Source: Ruegeria sp. (GTDB taxonomy: Bacteria > Pseudomonadota > Alphaproteobacteria > Rhodobacterales > Rhodobacteraceae). From it: a stretch of DNA of 64,000 bases. Position numbers and translations under genes: made by a program. The stretch covers positions 9,703 to 73,702 of the forward strand of contig NZ_JALCBM010000003.1 in NCBI RefSeq assembly GCF_028066395.1, given 5' to 3'. Shown here in pieces: positions 25,626 through 35,852 of this stretch. How positions within the stretch are numbered: position 1 is the stretch's first letter; every line of letters begins with the position of its first letter. The notes below the pieces were generated by a model. The model was not told the origin of the DNA. It saw only the letters and a list, made by a program, of their open reading frames with translations, and did no database searches.

Positions 25626-27431
25626 ATGTCTTCTGACGACACATCCCTGCCGGACGAGCGCCGCTCGGGCTGGCGGACGATCCGCAAGGTGGCGCCCTAT
25701 ATGTGGCCCGAGGATCAGCCATGGGTGAAGCGCCGCGTGGTGCTGGCGATGGTGATGCTGGTGCTGGCCAAGCTGATCGCGGTCTATACGCCGATCCTGT
25801 ACAAAGGCGCGGTGGACGCGCTGGCGGGCGAAGGCGTGCCGCCGGTGGCGCTGGGCGCGGTGGGGCTGACGGTGGCCTATGGTGTGGCCCGGATGATGAC
25901 GGTGGGCTTTCAGCAGCTGAGGGATGCGTTCTTTGCGCCGGTGGGCCAACGCGCGCTGCGGGCACTGGCGCTGGAGACGTTTCAGCATATTCACCAGCTT
26001 TCGATGCGCTATCATGTGACCCGCCGCACCGGCGGCCTGTCCCGCATCATCGAGCGCGGGGTGAAAGGCGTCGAATTCCTGCTGCGTTTTCTGCTGTTCT
26101 CCATCGGCCCGCTGATCCTTGAACTGCTGCTGGTGGCGATCATCCTGATGTGGCTGTTCGATGTCTGGTATCTGGTCGTCGTCGCCGTCACCATCGCTCT
26201 GTATATCTGGTTCACCTTTGCGGTGACCGAATGGCGCGTGAAGCTGCGGCGCGAGATGAATGATCAGGATACCGAGGCCAACCAACGCGCCATCGACAGC
26301 CTGCTGAACTTCGAAACCGTCAAGTATTTCAACGCGGAACAGCGCGAAGCTGAGCGCTATGACGTGTCGATGAAGGCCTATGCGGGCGCGGCGTTGAAAA
26401 CTGCCTATTCGCTGGCCTTCCTGAATTTTGGGCAATCCTTCCTGATCACCTGCGGGCTGATCGGCGTCATGGTTCTGGCGGCGCTGGGCGTGCAGAACGG
26501 GTCGCTGACCGTGGGCGATTTCGTCATGGTCAACGCCTATATGATTCAGATCACCGTGCCGCTGAACTTTCTGGGCACGGTCTACCGCGAAATCCGCCAG
26601 TCGCTGGTCGATATGGGGCAGATGTTCGATCTGCTGGAACAACCCGCCGAGGTCTCTGACAAACTCAAAGCACCCGACCTGAACGTGACGGGCGGAGAGG
26701 TCACGCTGGAGGGCGTGCATTTCGGCTATGAGGCGGGTCGCGAAATCCTCAAGGGTGTGTCCCTGACCGTTCCGGCGGGGCAGACCGTGGCCATCGTGGG
26801 GGCCACCGGATCGGGCAAATCCACCATCGGGCGGCTGCTGTTCCGGTTCTATGACGTGACCGGTGGTGCGCTGAAGATCGACGGGCAGGATGTACGCGAC
26901 GTGACCCAGACCAGCCTGCACGCCGCCATCGGCGTGGTGCCGCAGGACACAGTGCTGTTCAACGACACGATCCGTTACAACATCGCCTATGGTCGCGAGG
27001 GTTCGACCCAGACCGATGTGGAAGCCGCCGCAAAGGCTGCGCAGATTCATGACTTCATCGTCTCGCTGCCCGAAGGCTATGACACCAAGGTAGGCGAACG
27101 GGGCCTGAAACTGTCAGGGGGTGAGAAACAGCGGGTCGGCATTGCGCGCACCCTGCTGAAGAACCCGCCGATCCTGTTGCTGGACGAGGCGACCTCGGCC
27201 CTCGATACCGATACCGAACAGGACATCAAGGATGCGCTGGCCCGCGCGGGTGAGGGGCGCACGGTGATCACCATCGCGCATCGCCTCTCTACCATTGCCG
27301 AGGCTGATCAGATCGTGGTGCTGGAAAGCGGCGAGATCATCGAGCAGGGCACCCATGACGATCTACTGCAGCGCGAAGGGCGCTATGCCCAGCTATGGAG
27401 CCGCCAACAGGCAGATACTCAGGCCGCGTGA
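25626..27431 (+). CDS. ATM1-type ABC transporter (fused permease/ATPase)
   Basis: DSLLNFETVKYF, PLNFLG.VYR, Walker A GATGSGKST, LSGGEKQR and LLLDEATSALD motifs. Confidence 0.94.
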   Translation: MSSDDTSLPDERRSGWRTIRKVAPYMWPEDQPWVKRRVVLAMVMLVLAKLIAVYTPILYKGAVDALAGEGVPPVALGAVGLTVAYGVARMMTVGFQQLRDAFFAPVGQRALRALALETFQHIHQLSMRYHVTRRTGGLSRIIERGVKGVEFLLRFLLFSIGPLILELLLVAIILMWLFDVWYLVVVAVTIALYIWFTFAVTEWRVKLRREMNDQDTEANQRAIDSLLNFETVKYFNAEQREAERYDVSMKAYAGAALKTAYSLAFLNFGQSFLITCGLIGVMVLAALGVQNGSLTVGDFVMVNAYMIQITVPLNFLGTVYREIRQSLVDMGQMFDLLEQPAEVSDKLKAPDLNVTGGEVTLEGVHFGYEAGREILKGVSLTVPAGQTVAIVGATGSGKSTIGRLLFRFYDVTGGALKIDGQDVRDVTQTSLHAAIGVVPQDTVLFNDTIRYNIAYGREGSTQTDVEAAAKAAQIHDFIVSLPEGYDTKVGERGLKLSGGEKQRVGIARTLLKNPPILLLDEATSALDTDTEQDIKDALARAGEGRTVITIAHRLSTIAEADQIVVLESGEIIEQGTHDDLLQREGRYAQLWSRQQADTQAA

Positions 27432-27471
27432 TCCGTGCTATGCTGGGGCATTGGTTGTCGGAGGGTTTCTG

Positions 27472-27870
27472 ATGCGTGGATTTCTGCGAATTGCATTTGG
27501 TCTGGCTGTACTGATTGCCCCGGTCGGGGTGGCGGCTGATCCCATCGTCGGCATCTGGAAGACCGAACCCGACCGCAAGAACCTGACCTCTCACATCCAG
27601 ATCACGGCCTGCGGGGACAAGTTCTGCGGGCAGGTGCTTTCCGCCTATGACGCGGCGGGCAAGGAAGTGCAGACGCCCAATATCGGCAAGAAACTGTTCT
27701 GGGATGTCGCCAGCGAGGGTGGGGGTAAATATGGCGGTGGTGAGTTCTGGGTGCCGGTGATTGATGTCGATGTCACGCCGCAGATGAACCTGTCGGGGAA
27801 CACGCTGTCGGTGCGGGGCTGCGAACATGTCGTCTGCGGGCATCAGACATGGACGCGGCTCAAGCCCTGA
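27472..27870 (+). CDS. DUF2147-family periplasmic protein
   Basis: Signal peptide, ADPIVGIWKT, CGDKFCG and L.VRGC...C..QTWTR motifs; GGAGGG RBS. Confidence 0.88.
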   Translation: MRGFLRIAFGLAVLIAPVGVAADPIVGIWKTEPDRKNLTSHIQITACGDKFCGQVLSAYDAAGKEVQTPNIGKKLFWDVASEGGGKYGGGEFWVPVIDVDVTPQMNLSGNTLSVRGCEHVVCGHQTWTRLKP

Positions 27871-28147
27871 TCCGCGCGGGGCCACGCAGCGACATTTCGA
27901 CACTGGTTCCGCGATGTTAACAGGCATTTCAGGCGGGCACGGTGGTGCTGGGCTGCATGAAATCGCCCGCGCCTGTTGGCTATTTGGATTGGGCAGGTTT
28001 TGCCGCGCAGATCGGCCTTCAACCATCTGTGAATTGGCACCCGGTGACGTAACGTAAATTCTAATTGACCGGATGCGCGGATTGCATAACACCAAGTCAC
28101 AGCACGCAACCCGCGTGAGTTGAGCACCACAAAGAGAAAGAAACCTT

Positions 28148-28471
28148 ATGAAGAAGTTTTTTGCGGCACCGATCCTTGGTGCCCTGCTGTGCGCATCCGC
28201 AGCGCAGGCCGATGATCTGACATTTCTGCTGGTCAATGAAAGCACCGCCAACCTGATCGAGTTCAACGTCTCTCCGGCCTCGTCAGCCCGGTGGCAAGGC
28301 AACCTGCTGCGCGGCGGTGTGCTGGCCGCGGGGTATGAGGTCGACGTTCTGGTCGCCGACGGGCTGACCACCTGCATCTACGACATCCGTGGGCAGTTTG
28401 GTGATGGCTCGGTCGCCGAAGATTACAACGTCAATCTTTGTGATTTGGGCGAATACGCCTTTTCGGACTGA
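28148..28471 (+). CDS. Hypothetical secreted protein
   Basis: Signal peptide ending AQA; F.L.N.S, SP....W..NLL, C.YDIR and NLC pattern. Confidence 0.8.
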   Translation: MKKFFAAPILGALLCASAAQADDLTFLLVNESTANLIEFNVSPASSARWQGNLLRGGVLAAGYEVDVLVADGLTTCIYDIRGQFGDGSVAEDYNVNLCDLGEYAFSD

Positions 28472-28488
28472 TCCCCGGACCGGAACTG

Positions 28489-28520
28489 AAAATGGCGAGC
28501 CCTGCGGCTCGCCATTTTTT
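28489..28520. terminator. Bidirectional terminator
   Basis: AAAATGGCGAGCC-CTGC-GGCTCGCCATTTT between convergent genes. Confidence 0.88.
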
Positions 28521-31500
28521 ATTCTGCCGCTTTCAGCGGAGAGGAGGGGGGATCGCCCCGATCCTTTTCCGACCCGCTGGCCTCATCCCCGTCCCAGACA
28601 ATCTCGGTCGTCTGCACGTTGCGAGCGGATTTGCCGATGGCCATGTCTTGCGCGATCTGGCTGGACCGGCCCGCAGTGGCGCGCGCCAGAAGTTTGCCCA
28701 GCCAGATGATATAAGTGGTTACCCAGACGCGCAGCGCCAGCAACGAGGGCGTCACGATCAGGGTCAGCACGGTTGCAATGCCCAGCCCGAACACCACCGC
28801 CGTGGCCAGCTGTTTCCACCACAGCGCGGTCGGGCTGTCGATGGAATAGCCGCCGCCGATGAAATCCAGCGACAGACCGAACATCATCGGGGTCAGGCCC
28901 GCCATCGTGGTCAGCGTGGTCAGCAGAACCGGGCGGATACGGGCCTCGGCGGTGCGGATGATCGCCTCGATCCGGGGCATGTACTGGCTGTATTCCTGAT
29001 AGGTGTCGATGAGAACAATGTTGTTGTTCACCACGATCCCCGCCAGCGCCACGATGCCGGTGCCGGTCATGATGATCGAGAACGGCTGTTGCATCACCAT
29101 CATCCCGATCAGCACGCCCGTGGTGGACAGAACCACCGCCAGCAGCACCAGAACCGAGTTGTAGAACGAGTTGAACTGCGCAAGCAGGATCACGAACATC
29201 AGCCCCAGCGCGCCCATGAAGGCGTTGACAAGGAAGGCACCGGATTCCTCCTGCTCTTCCTGATCACCGGTCCATTCCCAGGCGACCGCGCTGCCAAAGG
29301 GATCGGTGTTCAGCCATTCGGTCAGCACCGCGATCCGTTCGTTCGGATTGATCAGAGCAAACCGCGCGTCACCACCATCGATGACCGTCTGCAGCGCGCC
29401 GGTATTCTCGGCGCCGGTCAGTTGCACCAGCTCATATTCGGTGCCATCGGAGCTGGTGATCACAGTGTTGGTCGGGGTGATCCCGTCGGTCACCGCGCGC
29501 ACGACTGCCAGCCGTTCCTCACCCCCGTCAGGGCCATCGATGACGACCTTGCTCAGCCCTGCTTCGACATCGGCTTTGACGTCATAATAACGCTGCTGGT
29601 TCACGCGGTCGATCTGTGCCAGCTTGGCGACCGGCTGACGGGTGACGAAGTTCGACAGCGGCACCAGCCCGTCCGGGGTTCGGACCTTGAGCGTGTCCAG
29701 CGTGGACAGCACCCGGTCATCCTCGGGCAGGCGGACGCGGATCTCGATTTCTTCATCGTTGTTTTCGGGGCGCATCTCGCCCAGCAGGATGCCACGCGTC
29801 ACCAGTTGCACCATCGCGCCCACGGTGGCCACATCGGCACCAAAGCGGCCCGCCTTTGCAACATCCACGTCGATCTGCCAGTCGATGCCGGGCAAGGGCA
29901 GGGTGTCGTCGATCTTGATCAGGCCGGGGGTGGCATCAAATGCCGCGCGGGCGGCGGCGGTGGATGCGGTCAGTTCCTCCCACCCATCGCCCTTGATGCG
30001 CAGATGCACCGGCTTGGACGAGGCGGGACCCTGTTCCAGCGCCTGCAAATCCACGACAAAGCCGGGCAGGGTGGCCAATTCGGTCGACAGTTCCTCAAGC
30101 ACATAATTGCCGTCATATTCCGGTGCGATCACCTGCCGTTCGAACCGGCCACCCGCGACGGGTTCCGAGACGGTCGGACGGTCTTCCCAAGGGATGATCT
30201 CGAACTGGACGCGACCCACCGTGTCAGCGGGGGCGTCGGCACCGCCATCGTTCTGGTTCAGCCCGCCTTCACCGGCGAAAGAGAAGACGTTGATCACTGC
30301 CGGATGCGCGCCGATGATCTGTTCGGCGGCCAGCACCATTGCATCCTTTTCCGCCAGCGACAGGTTGCCCCGCGCCCGGACATAGGCCGTGGCCTGTTCC
30401 GGTTCGCTTTCGACAAAGAACTCGACCCCGCGCGAGTTTTGCGGGAACAGGATGAAGGCGACCCAGAAGACGGCTGCAAACACAACAGCCAGTGACACAA
30501 CCGGCATTACCGGATTGCCGACCAGGAATTTGACGACATAGCCAAAGAGCGTGTGTTCCTTGGCGGTGTGCACCTGTTCCTCGACCTGACGTTCGATCTT
30601 GGCCGCGCTCAGGGTGACCGATCCGGCGAAGGCACCGAACAGGAACAGCAGCGCACCGGCAATTGATCCGCCGGGCAGCAGGTAGTTCGGGTTCAACATC
30701 TGCATCGCACCGAGGAAGATCATATACAGTGCCGGGGGCACCATGACTGCGCGCGCCCACCACGGTGTACGGGCCCGCAACCAGTCCGAGGTGCGGTCGA
30801 ACACGCGGCTCAGCCGCCCCGAGACACCGCCCATCACCGGCAGGTAGATCAGTGCCACTACCAGCGAGGCCGACAGCACGAAGATCAGTGTGACCGGCAG
30901 CATCCCCATGAACTCACCCGGGACACCGGGCCAGAACAGCATGGGCAGGAAGGCGCAGAGCGTCGTCGCCGTCGAGGAAACGATGGGCCAGAACATGCGC
31001 TGTGCCGCCTCGACATAGGCGTGCATCGGGCCGACGCCCTCTTTGATGCGCTTGTCGGCATATTCCACCACCACGATGGCCCCATCGACTAGCATCCCCA
31101 CGGCCAGAATCAGGCCGAACATCACGATGTTGGAAATGCTGATGCCCATCACGGCGAGGAAGGCGAAACACAGCAGGAACGAGGTCGGGATCGCAAAGCC
31201 CACCAGCAGCGCGGCGCGGGTACCCAGCGAAGCCAGAACCACGATCATCACCAGCGCAATGGCGGTCAGGACCGAACCTTCAAGCTGGCTGACCATCGAA
31301 TCCACGATACGGCTCTGGTCGTTCGAGGTGCCGACATCGATGGCGGTCTGCAATTCGGGCGGCCATTTGGCCTGTTCCGCCGCGATGGTTTCCTTGACCA
31401 GCGCCACGGTGTCGATCAGGTTGAAACCCTTGCGCTTGACCACCTGCAACGCCACGGTGGGCTCGCCATCGAACCGCGCCGTGCCTGCGCGGTCTTCGAA

Positions 31501-32289
31501 CGTGTAGTTGATCTGGGCCAGCTCACCCAGCGTCACAACCCGGTCGCCATTGGTCTTGATCGGCAGGCCGTAAACATCCTGCGCAGTCTTGAACGAGGAC
31601 GGAATCTTGACCGAGAATGTACCCTGGGCCGAGTCGACCTCACCCGCCGCGATCAGCTGGTTGTTGTTCCGAACCACGTTGATCAGTTCATCGGCGGTGA
31701 CGTTATAGGCCTCAAGCCGCAGCGGGTCGATCACGACCTCAAGCATCTCATCTCGGTTGCCCGCGATCCCGGCCTCAAGCACCGCATCCAGCGATTCAAG
31801 CCGTGTCTGAAGGTCCTTGGCGATCCGCGCCATGGTCCGTTCGGGCACCGCACCGGTCAGGTTCACGATGACGATGGGGAATTGGGAAAAGTTGACCTCG
31901 TTCAGGGTATATTGTTCGGCCCCGGCGGGGAAATCGCCTTGGGCGGTGTTCATCGCATCGCGCACATCGGCGGTGATTGCGGTCTTGTCCCAGCCAAAGT
32001 CGAATTCCAGCGCGATCCCGGCATAACCTTCGGCGGCGGTGGCGCTCATCTCTTTCAGGCCATCCAGATCGGCCAGCTCGGTTTCCATCGGTTTGACCAG
32101 CAGGTTTTCCGAATCTTCCGCCGAGATGCCTGGGAAACTGACCGAAACAAAGAGAATGGGGATTTCGATATCCGGCTCACCCTCTTTCGGCAGGTTGACA
32201 TAGGCAAAGCTGCCCACAACCAGCGAGATCGCGATAAAGGCCAGAACCATGCGGGCCCGGTCGGCGGCCCAGCTGACGATACCTGTCAT
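28519..32289 (-). CDS. RND efflux transporter permease (AcrB family)
   Basis: GMLVDGAIVVVE, GIVVNNNIVLID and RIRPVLLTTLTT motifs; 1256 aa. Confidence 0.95.
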   Translation of the reverse strand: MTGIVSWAADRARMVLAFIAISLVVGSFAYVNLPKEGEPDIEIPILFVSVSFPGISAEDSENLLVKPMETELADLDGLKEMSATAAEGYAGIALEFDFGWDKTAITADVRDAMNTAQGDFPAGAEQYTLNEVNFSQFPIVIVNLTGAVPERTMARIAKDLQTRLESLDAVLEAGIAGNRDEMLEVVIDPLRLEAYNVTADELINVVRNNNQLIAAGEVDSAQGTFSVKIPSSFKTAQDVYGLPIKTNGDRVVTLGELAQINYTFEDRAGTARFDGEPTVALQVVKRKGFNLIDTVALVKETIAAEQAKWPPELQTAIDVGTSNDQSRIVDSMVSQLEGSVLTAIALVMIVVLASLGTRAALLVGFAIPTSFLLCFAFLAVMGISISNIVMFGLILAVGMLVDGAIVVVEYADKRIKEGVGPMHAYVEAAQRMFWPIVSSTATTLCAFLPMLFWPGVPGEFMGMLPVTLIFVLSASLVVALIYLPVMGGVSGRLSRVFDRTSDWLRARTPWWARAVMVPPALYMIFLGAMQMLNPNYLLPGGSIAGALLFLFGAFAGSVTLSAAKIERQVEEQVHTAKEHTLFGYVVKFLVGNPVMPVVSLAVVFAAVFWVAFILFPQNSRGVEFFVESEPEQATAYVRARGNLSLAEKDAMVLAAEQIIGAHPAVINVFSFAGEGGLNQNDGGADAPADTVGRVQFEIIPWEDRPTVSEPVAGGRFERQVIAPEYDGNYVLEELSTELATLPGFVVDLQALEQGPASSKPVHLRIKGDGWEELTASTAAARAAFDATPGLIKIDDTLPLPGIDWQIDVDVAKAGRFGADVATVGAMVQLVTRGILLGEMRPENNDEEIEIRVRLPEDDRVLSTLDTLKVRTPDGLVPLSNFVTRQPVAKLAQIDRVNQQRYYDVKADVEAGLSKVVIDGPDGGEERLAVVRAVTDGITPTNTVITSSDGTEYELVQLTGAENTGALQTVIDGGDARFALINPNERIAVLTEWLNTDPFGSAVAWEWTGDQEEQEESGAFLVNAFMGALGLMFVILLAQFNSFYNSVLVLLAVVLSTTGVLIGMMVMQQPFSIIMTGTGIVALAGIVVNNNIVLIDTYQEYSQYMPRIEAIIRTAEARIRPVLLTTLTTMAGLTPMMFGLSLDFIGGGYSIDSPTALWWKQLATAVVFGLGIATVLTLIVTPSLLALRVWVTTYIIWLGKLLARATAGRSSQIAQDMAIGKSARNVQTTEIVWDGDEASGSEKDRGDPPSSPLKAAE

Positions 32290-33524
32290 TGCGACGCTTC
32301 CCGATATGTCGGCGCGACGGTCACGCCTTTGGTGACGAATTCCTGCCCGACCACGATGATGTCAGTGGTTTCCGGCAGACCGCCGACCCAGACGCCCTCG
32401 GCGGTGTCGCGCAGCAGCTGGATCGGTCTGAAATCAACCATGTCCCCGGCACCGACCGTGCGCACGCCCAGACGGCCTTCATTGTTCAAGGTCAGGGCGG
32501 ATTGCGGTAGCAGATGCGCTTTGACGCCTTCAGCGGCGATCTGGATATTGGCGGTCTGGCCGTCGCGGATCAGCAGTTCGGGGTTGGGCACGGTGATCTC
32601 GACCTCGAACGTGCGAGTGGTTTCATCGGCCGAGCGGCTCAGGAAGGTAACACGTCCTTCGACCTGCAGGCCGGTCACCAATTGCGCCGACGCCATCGAG
32701 CCGACGGTGACGCGGTTCACCTCGGTTTCCGGGACAAAGCCCACCAGCTTGATCGGGTCCAGTTGGATTACGGTCGCACACAGCGATCCGGGCTGCATCA
32801 GGCTGCCCAGCTCTGCCGTGTCGCTTTCCAGCAGGCCCCGGAACGGGGCTGTGATGGACAGGCGGTCCATCTCGCGATGGGCGGCGGCGACCTCGGCGCT
32901 GGCGGCTTCGATACCGGCCTGCGTGGCCTCCAACCCGGCTTCGGCGGATTTGATACCCGCCTGCGCGCTGCTCATCGCGGCCTCACGCGAGATGCGGGTG
33001 GTTTCCGAGCCGAACCCGGTTTCCGACAGCTTGCGGGCAGCTTTTAGGTTGATCTCGGCCTCGGCGACCAGAGCGTGGGCCTCTTCCAGACGGGCTTCGG
33101 CCTCGGGGACGCGGCTTTTGGCTTCAAGCTCGGCGGCTGTGGCTTCGGCCAGACTGGCGGGGCGGGTGCCCGGGTCCAACTCGCACAGCAGATCGCCTGC
33201 TTCGACAAAGGTGCCGCGGCGTTTGGGTTCGGAAATCACGGTCGATGTGGTCTCGGCCAGCACCTCAACCTGGCGGTTTGCCTTGGTTTGCCCACGCAGT
33301 TGCACGGCGCTGCCGATCTCGCGCGCGGTCGAGCGCAGGGCGACAACGCCAATCGCATCACCCTGGGCCTGGGCGACATCCTCGGCTCCGGCCTCGGCTT
33401 CAGCGGCGGTTTCGGTCTGGTCCTCGCCCCGACCGGCAAACGCAAATAATGCATCACGTTCGAACACGAGATAATACAATGCGGTTACAACCAAAATGGC
33501 GTTGACGATTGAAATCAAACGCAT
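32286..33524 (-). CDS. RND periplasmic adaptor (membrane fusion protein)
   Basis: N-terminal anchor, lipoyl/alpha-hairpin region, ITAPF.G and TRTFEVE motifs; overlaps the permease start. Confidence 0.94.
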   Translation of the reverse strand: MRLISIVNAILVVTALYYLVFERDALFAFAGRGEDQTETAAEAEAGAEDVAQAQGDAIGVVALRSTAREIGSAVQLRGQTKANRQVEVLAETTSTVISEPKRRGTFVEAGDLLCELDPGTRPASLAEATAAELEAKSRVPEAEARLEEAHALVAEAEINLKAARKLSETGFGSETTRISREAAMSSAQAGIKSAEAGLEATQAGIEAASAEVAAAHREMDRLSITAPFRGLLESDTAELGSLMQPGSLCATVIQLDPIKLVGFVPETEVNRVTVGSMASAQLVTGLQVEGRVTFLSRSADETTRTFEVEITVPNPELLIRDGQTANIQIAAEGVKAHLLPQSALTLNNEGRLGVRTVGAGDMVDFRPIQLLRDTAEGVWVGGLPETTDIIVVGQEFVTKGVTVAPTYREASQ

Positions 33525-33605
33525 GTGGAGCCTTTCCAGATATTACGGCCAGCCTGACAGCAGCATATGCGCTTTGAAATGGGGTCAGGTGCCCGGCTTT
33601 TCCAT

Positions 33606-33625
33606 ACTGAACTGAATAGTTCGGT
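33606..33625. promoter_or_regulatory. Palindromic operator-like site upstream of the RND operon
   Basis: ACTGAACT-GAAT-AGTTCGGT (one mismatch) in the divergent promoter region. Confidence 0.5.
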
Positions 33626-33749
33626 TTGTTTTTTTAAGCAAGCCCTGGGGACCTGCCTTACAAATGTGTAAAATCCGGCCCTTGGCTTGCCCGTGGTGGC
33701 GGGGTATGACATGGCGCTAGAAAGCCAGACAGTCAGCCTGGGGACAGGG

Positions 33750-34421
33750 ATGAGCGATACCGACAGTTTCATTGAAGAAGTCACCGAAGAGGTGCGCCGC
33801 GACCGTATGTATATGCTGTTGCGCCGTTGGGGCTGGGTCGGGGTTGTTGCCGTTGTCGCCATCGTGGGCGGGGCGGCGTTCAACGAATATCGCAAGGCGC
33901 AGGACACCGCGCAGGCCGAGGCGCTGGGGGATGCGATTCTGTCCTCGCTGGCGCAGAACGGCTCGTCCGAGCGTGCCGACAGCCTGCAGACGGTTGCGGC
34001 ACAATCGCCGGGGGGCGAGGCGGTTCTGAACATGTTGCTGTCCGCCGCCCAGACCGAGGCCGGGTCGCAGCAGGATGCGGTTGCCAGCCTGAACGCCATC
34101 GCAACCCAAGGCGATCTGCCCGAGATTTACCGCGCCATCGCCAGTTTCAAGGCGCTGCTGTTGCAGTCCGAGACGATGCCCGCCACGGACCGACGTCAGC
34201 AATTCGAGGCGCTGGCCATCCCCGGCGCGCCCCTGCGGTTGCTGGCCGAGGAACAACTGGCCTTGATCGATGTGGCCGAGGGCGAAACACTGGCTGCGGT
34301 CGAGCGGTTGCAGGCCCTGCGGCAGGATGCCGAGGCCGGGGTTGATCTGCAGCAGCGGGCGGCGCAATTGATCGTTGCGTTGGGCGCCGTGCCCGAACCG
34401 CTGGCCGGGCAGCAAGGCTGA
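33750..34421 (+). CDS. YfgM-like TPR ancillary SecYEG subunit
   Basis: MSDTDSFIEEVTEEVRRDR + TM + helical repeats; yfgM-bamB-der synteny. Confidence 0.85.
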   Translation: MSDTDSFIEEVTEEVRRDRMYMLLRRWGWVGVVAVVAIVGGAAFNEYRKAQDTAQAEALGDAILSSLAQNGSSERADSLQTVAAQSPGGEAVLNMLLSAAQTEAGSQQDAVASLNAIATQGDLPEIYRAIASFKALLLQSETMPATDRRQQFEALAIPGAPLRLLAEEQLALIDVAEGETLAAVERLQALRQDAEAGVDLQQRAAQLIVALGAVPEPLAGQQG

Positions 34422-34480
34422 TCCGGCAGTGGCAATCGGGATGGGGCAACAGGGATAAAGACAGGCGAGTTCGAACAATT

Positions 34481-35803
34481 ATGGTAACACGAATTTTCTC
34501 ACGCTTCGGGATGCCCGCTGCCGCGATGGCCCTGACCGCCTTGGCCGCCTGTCAGGAACCCGAGGTGATCCTGCCCGGCGCCCGCGAGGATATCCGCCCG
34601 GTTCAGGACAATGAAACGGTGGAAACCCGGGGCTCTCAGCCGATCAGCGTGCCGGCGCAAAGCCGCAATGCCAGTTGGCCGCAAAGCCCGGGCACCCCGG
34701 CGCTGCGCACCACAAATGCCGCGCTCAGCGCTGCCCCCAATCGCATCTGGTCCAACTCGATCGGGGCAGGGGACGGGCGCAAGCAACGGATCACCGCCGA
34801 TCCGGTGGTCGCCGGAGGTCTGGTCTATACGCTGGATTCCGGCGCGACGGTCACCGCGACCTCGGCCCAGGGGCAAACAGTATGGAGCACGAACCTGATC
34901 CCCGCATCGGAAAAGGACGATCAGGCCACGGGCGGCGGTCTCGCCTATGACAATGGCGTGCTGTACGTGTCATCGGGCTTTGGCCGCCTGACCGCACTGG
35001 ACGCCAAGACCGGCGCGCAGCGTTGGCAGAAACGGCTGAATGCCACGGGCAGCGGCGCGCCTCTGGTCCGCGACGGGCTGCTTTATCTGGTGGCCGGGGA
35101 TGAAACCGGCTGGACGGTCAACACCAAGGACGGGCGCATCGCCTGGCAGATCGAGGGCACACCCAGTGTCGGCAACGTGCTGGGCGCTCCGGCTCCGGTT
35201 CTGGCCTCGGATCTGGCGGTGTTTGCCTTTGGCTCAGGCGATATCGCCGCAGCCTTCCGCAAGGGCGGCATCCGGCGTTGGAACGCCTCGGTGGCCGGTG
35301 GTCGTCGGGGCCGCGCGGTGGCGCAGATCGTCGACGTGACCGGCGGGCCGATGGTGGTTGGCAACACGATCTATATCGGTAACCACTCGGGCCGGACGGT
35401 CGCTTTTGATGCAGGCTCGGGTGAACGAAACTGGACCGCATCCGAGGGGGCCGTGGATACGGTCTGGGTTGCGGGCAACAGTGTTTTCCTTGTCAGCGAC
35501 CGCAACCAGCTGGTGCGGCTGAATGCAGCCGATGGCTCGGTCATCTGGGCGCAGGACCTGCCGGGCTTTGTCAAGGACAAGCCGGGCCGTCGCGGAGCGG
35601 TCTTTGCCCACTACGGCCCGATTCTGGCGGGTGGGCGCATCGTTGTGGCCTCGAACGATGGCTATCTGCGGTTCTTCAACCCGGTCGATGGCACGCAGAT
35701 CTATCAGGTCGAAGTGCCCGGCGGCGCGACCACCGCCCCCGTTGTGGCGGGGCAAACGCTGTATGTGGTGTCGGCCAAGGGTGATTTGCACGCTTTCCGT
35801 TAA
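34481..35803 (+). CDS. bamB: PQQ-like beta-propeller lipoprotein (BamB-like)
   Basis: Lipobox LAAC; repeated (A)LD..TG...W blades; upstream of der. Confidence 0.85.
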   Translation: MVTRIFSRFGMPAAAMALTALAACQEPEVILPGAREDIRPVQDNETVETRGSQPISVPAQSRNASWPQSPGTPALRTTNAALSAAPNRIWSNSIGAGDGRKQRITADPVVAGGLVYTLDSGATVTATSAQGQTVWSTNLIPASEKDDQATGGGLAYDNGVLYVSSGFGRLTALDAKTGAQRWQKRLNATGSGAPLVRDGLLYLVAGDETGWTVNTKDGRIAWQIEGTPSVGNVLGAPAPVLASDLAVFAFGSGDIAAAFRKGGIRRWNASVAGGRRGRAVAQIVDVTGGPMVVGNTIYIGNHSGRTVAFDAGSGERNWTASEGAVDTVWVAGNSVFLVSDRNQLVRLNAADGSVIWAQDLPGFVKDKPGRRGAVFAHYGPILAGGRIVVASNDGYLRFFNPVDGTQIYQVEVPGGATTAPVVAGQTLYVVSAKGDLHAFR

Positions 35804-35852
35804 CGGCAAGATGCGCTAAAGGGCGCATCTTGAGTCGTGAAAGTTGAGAACC

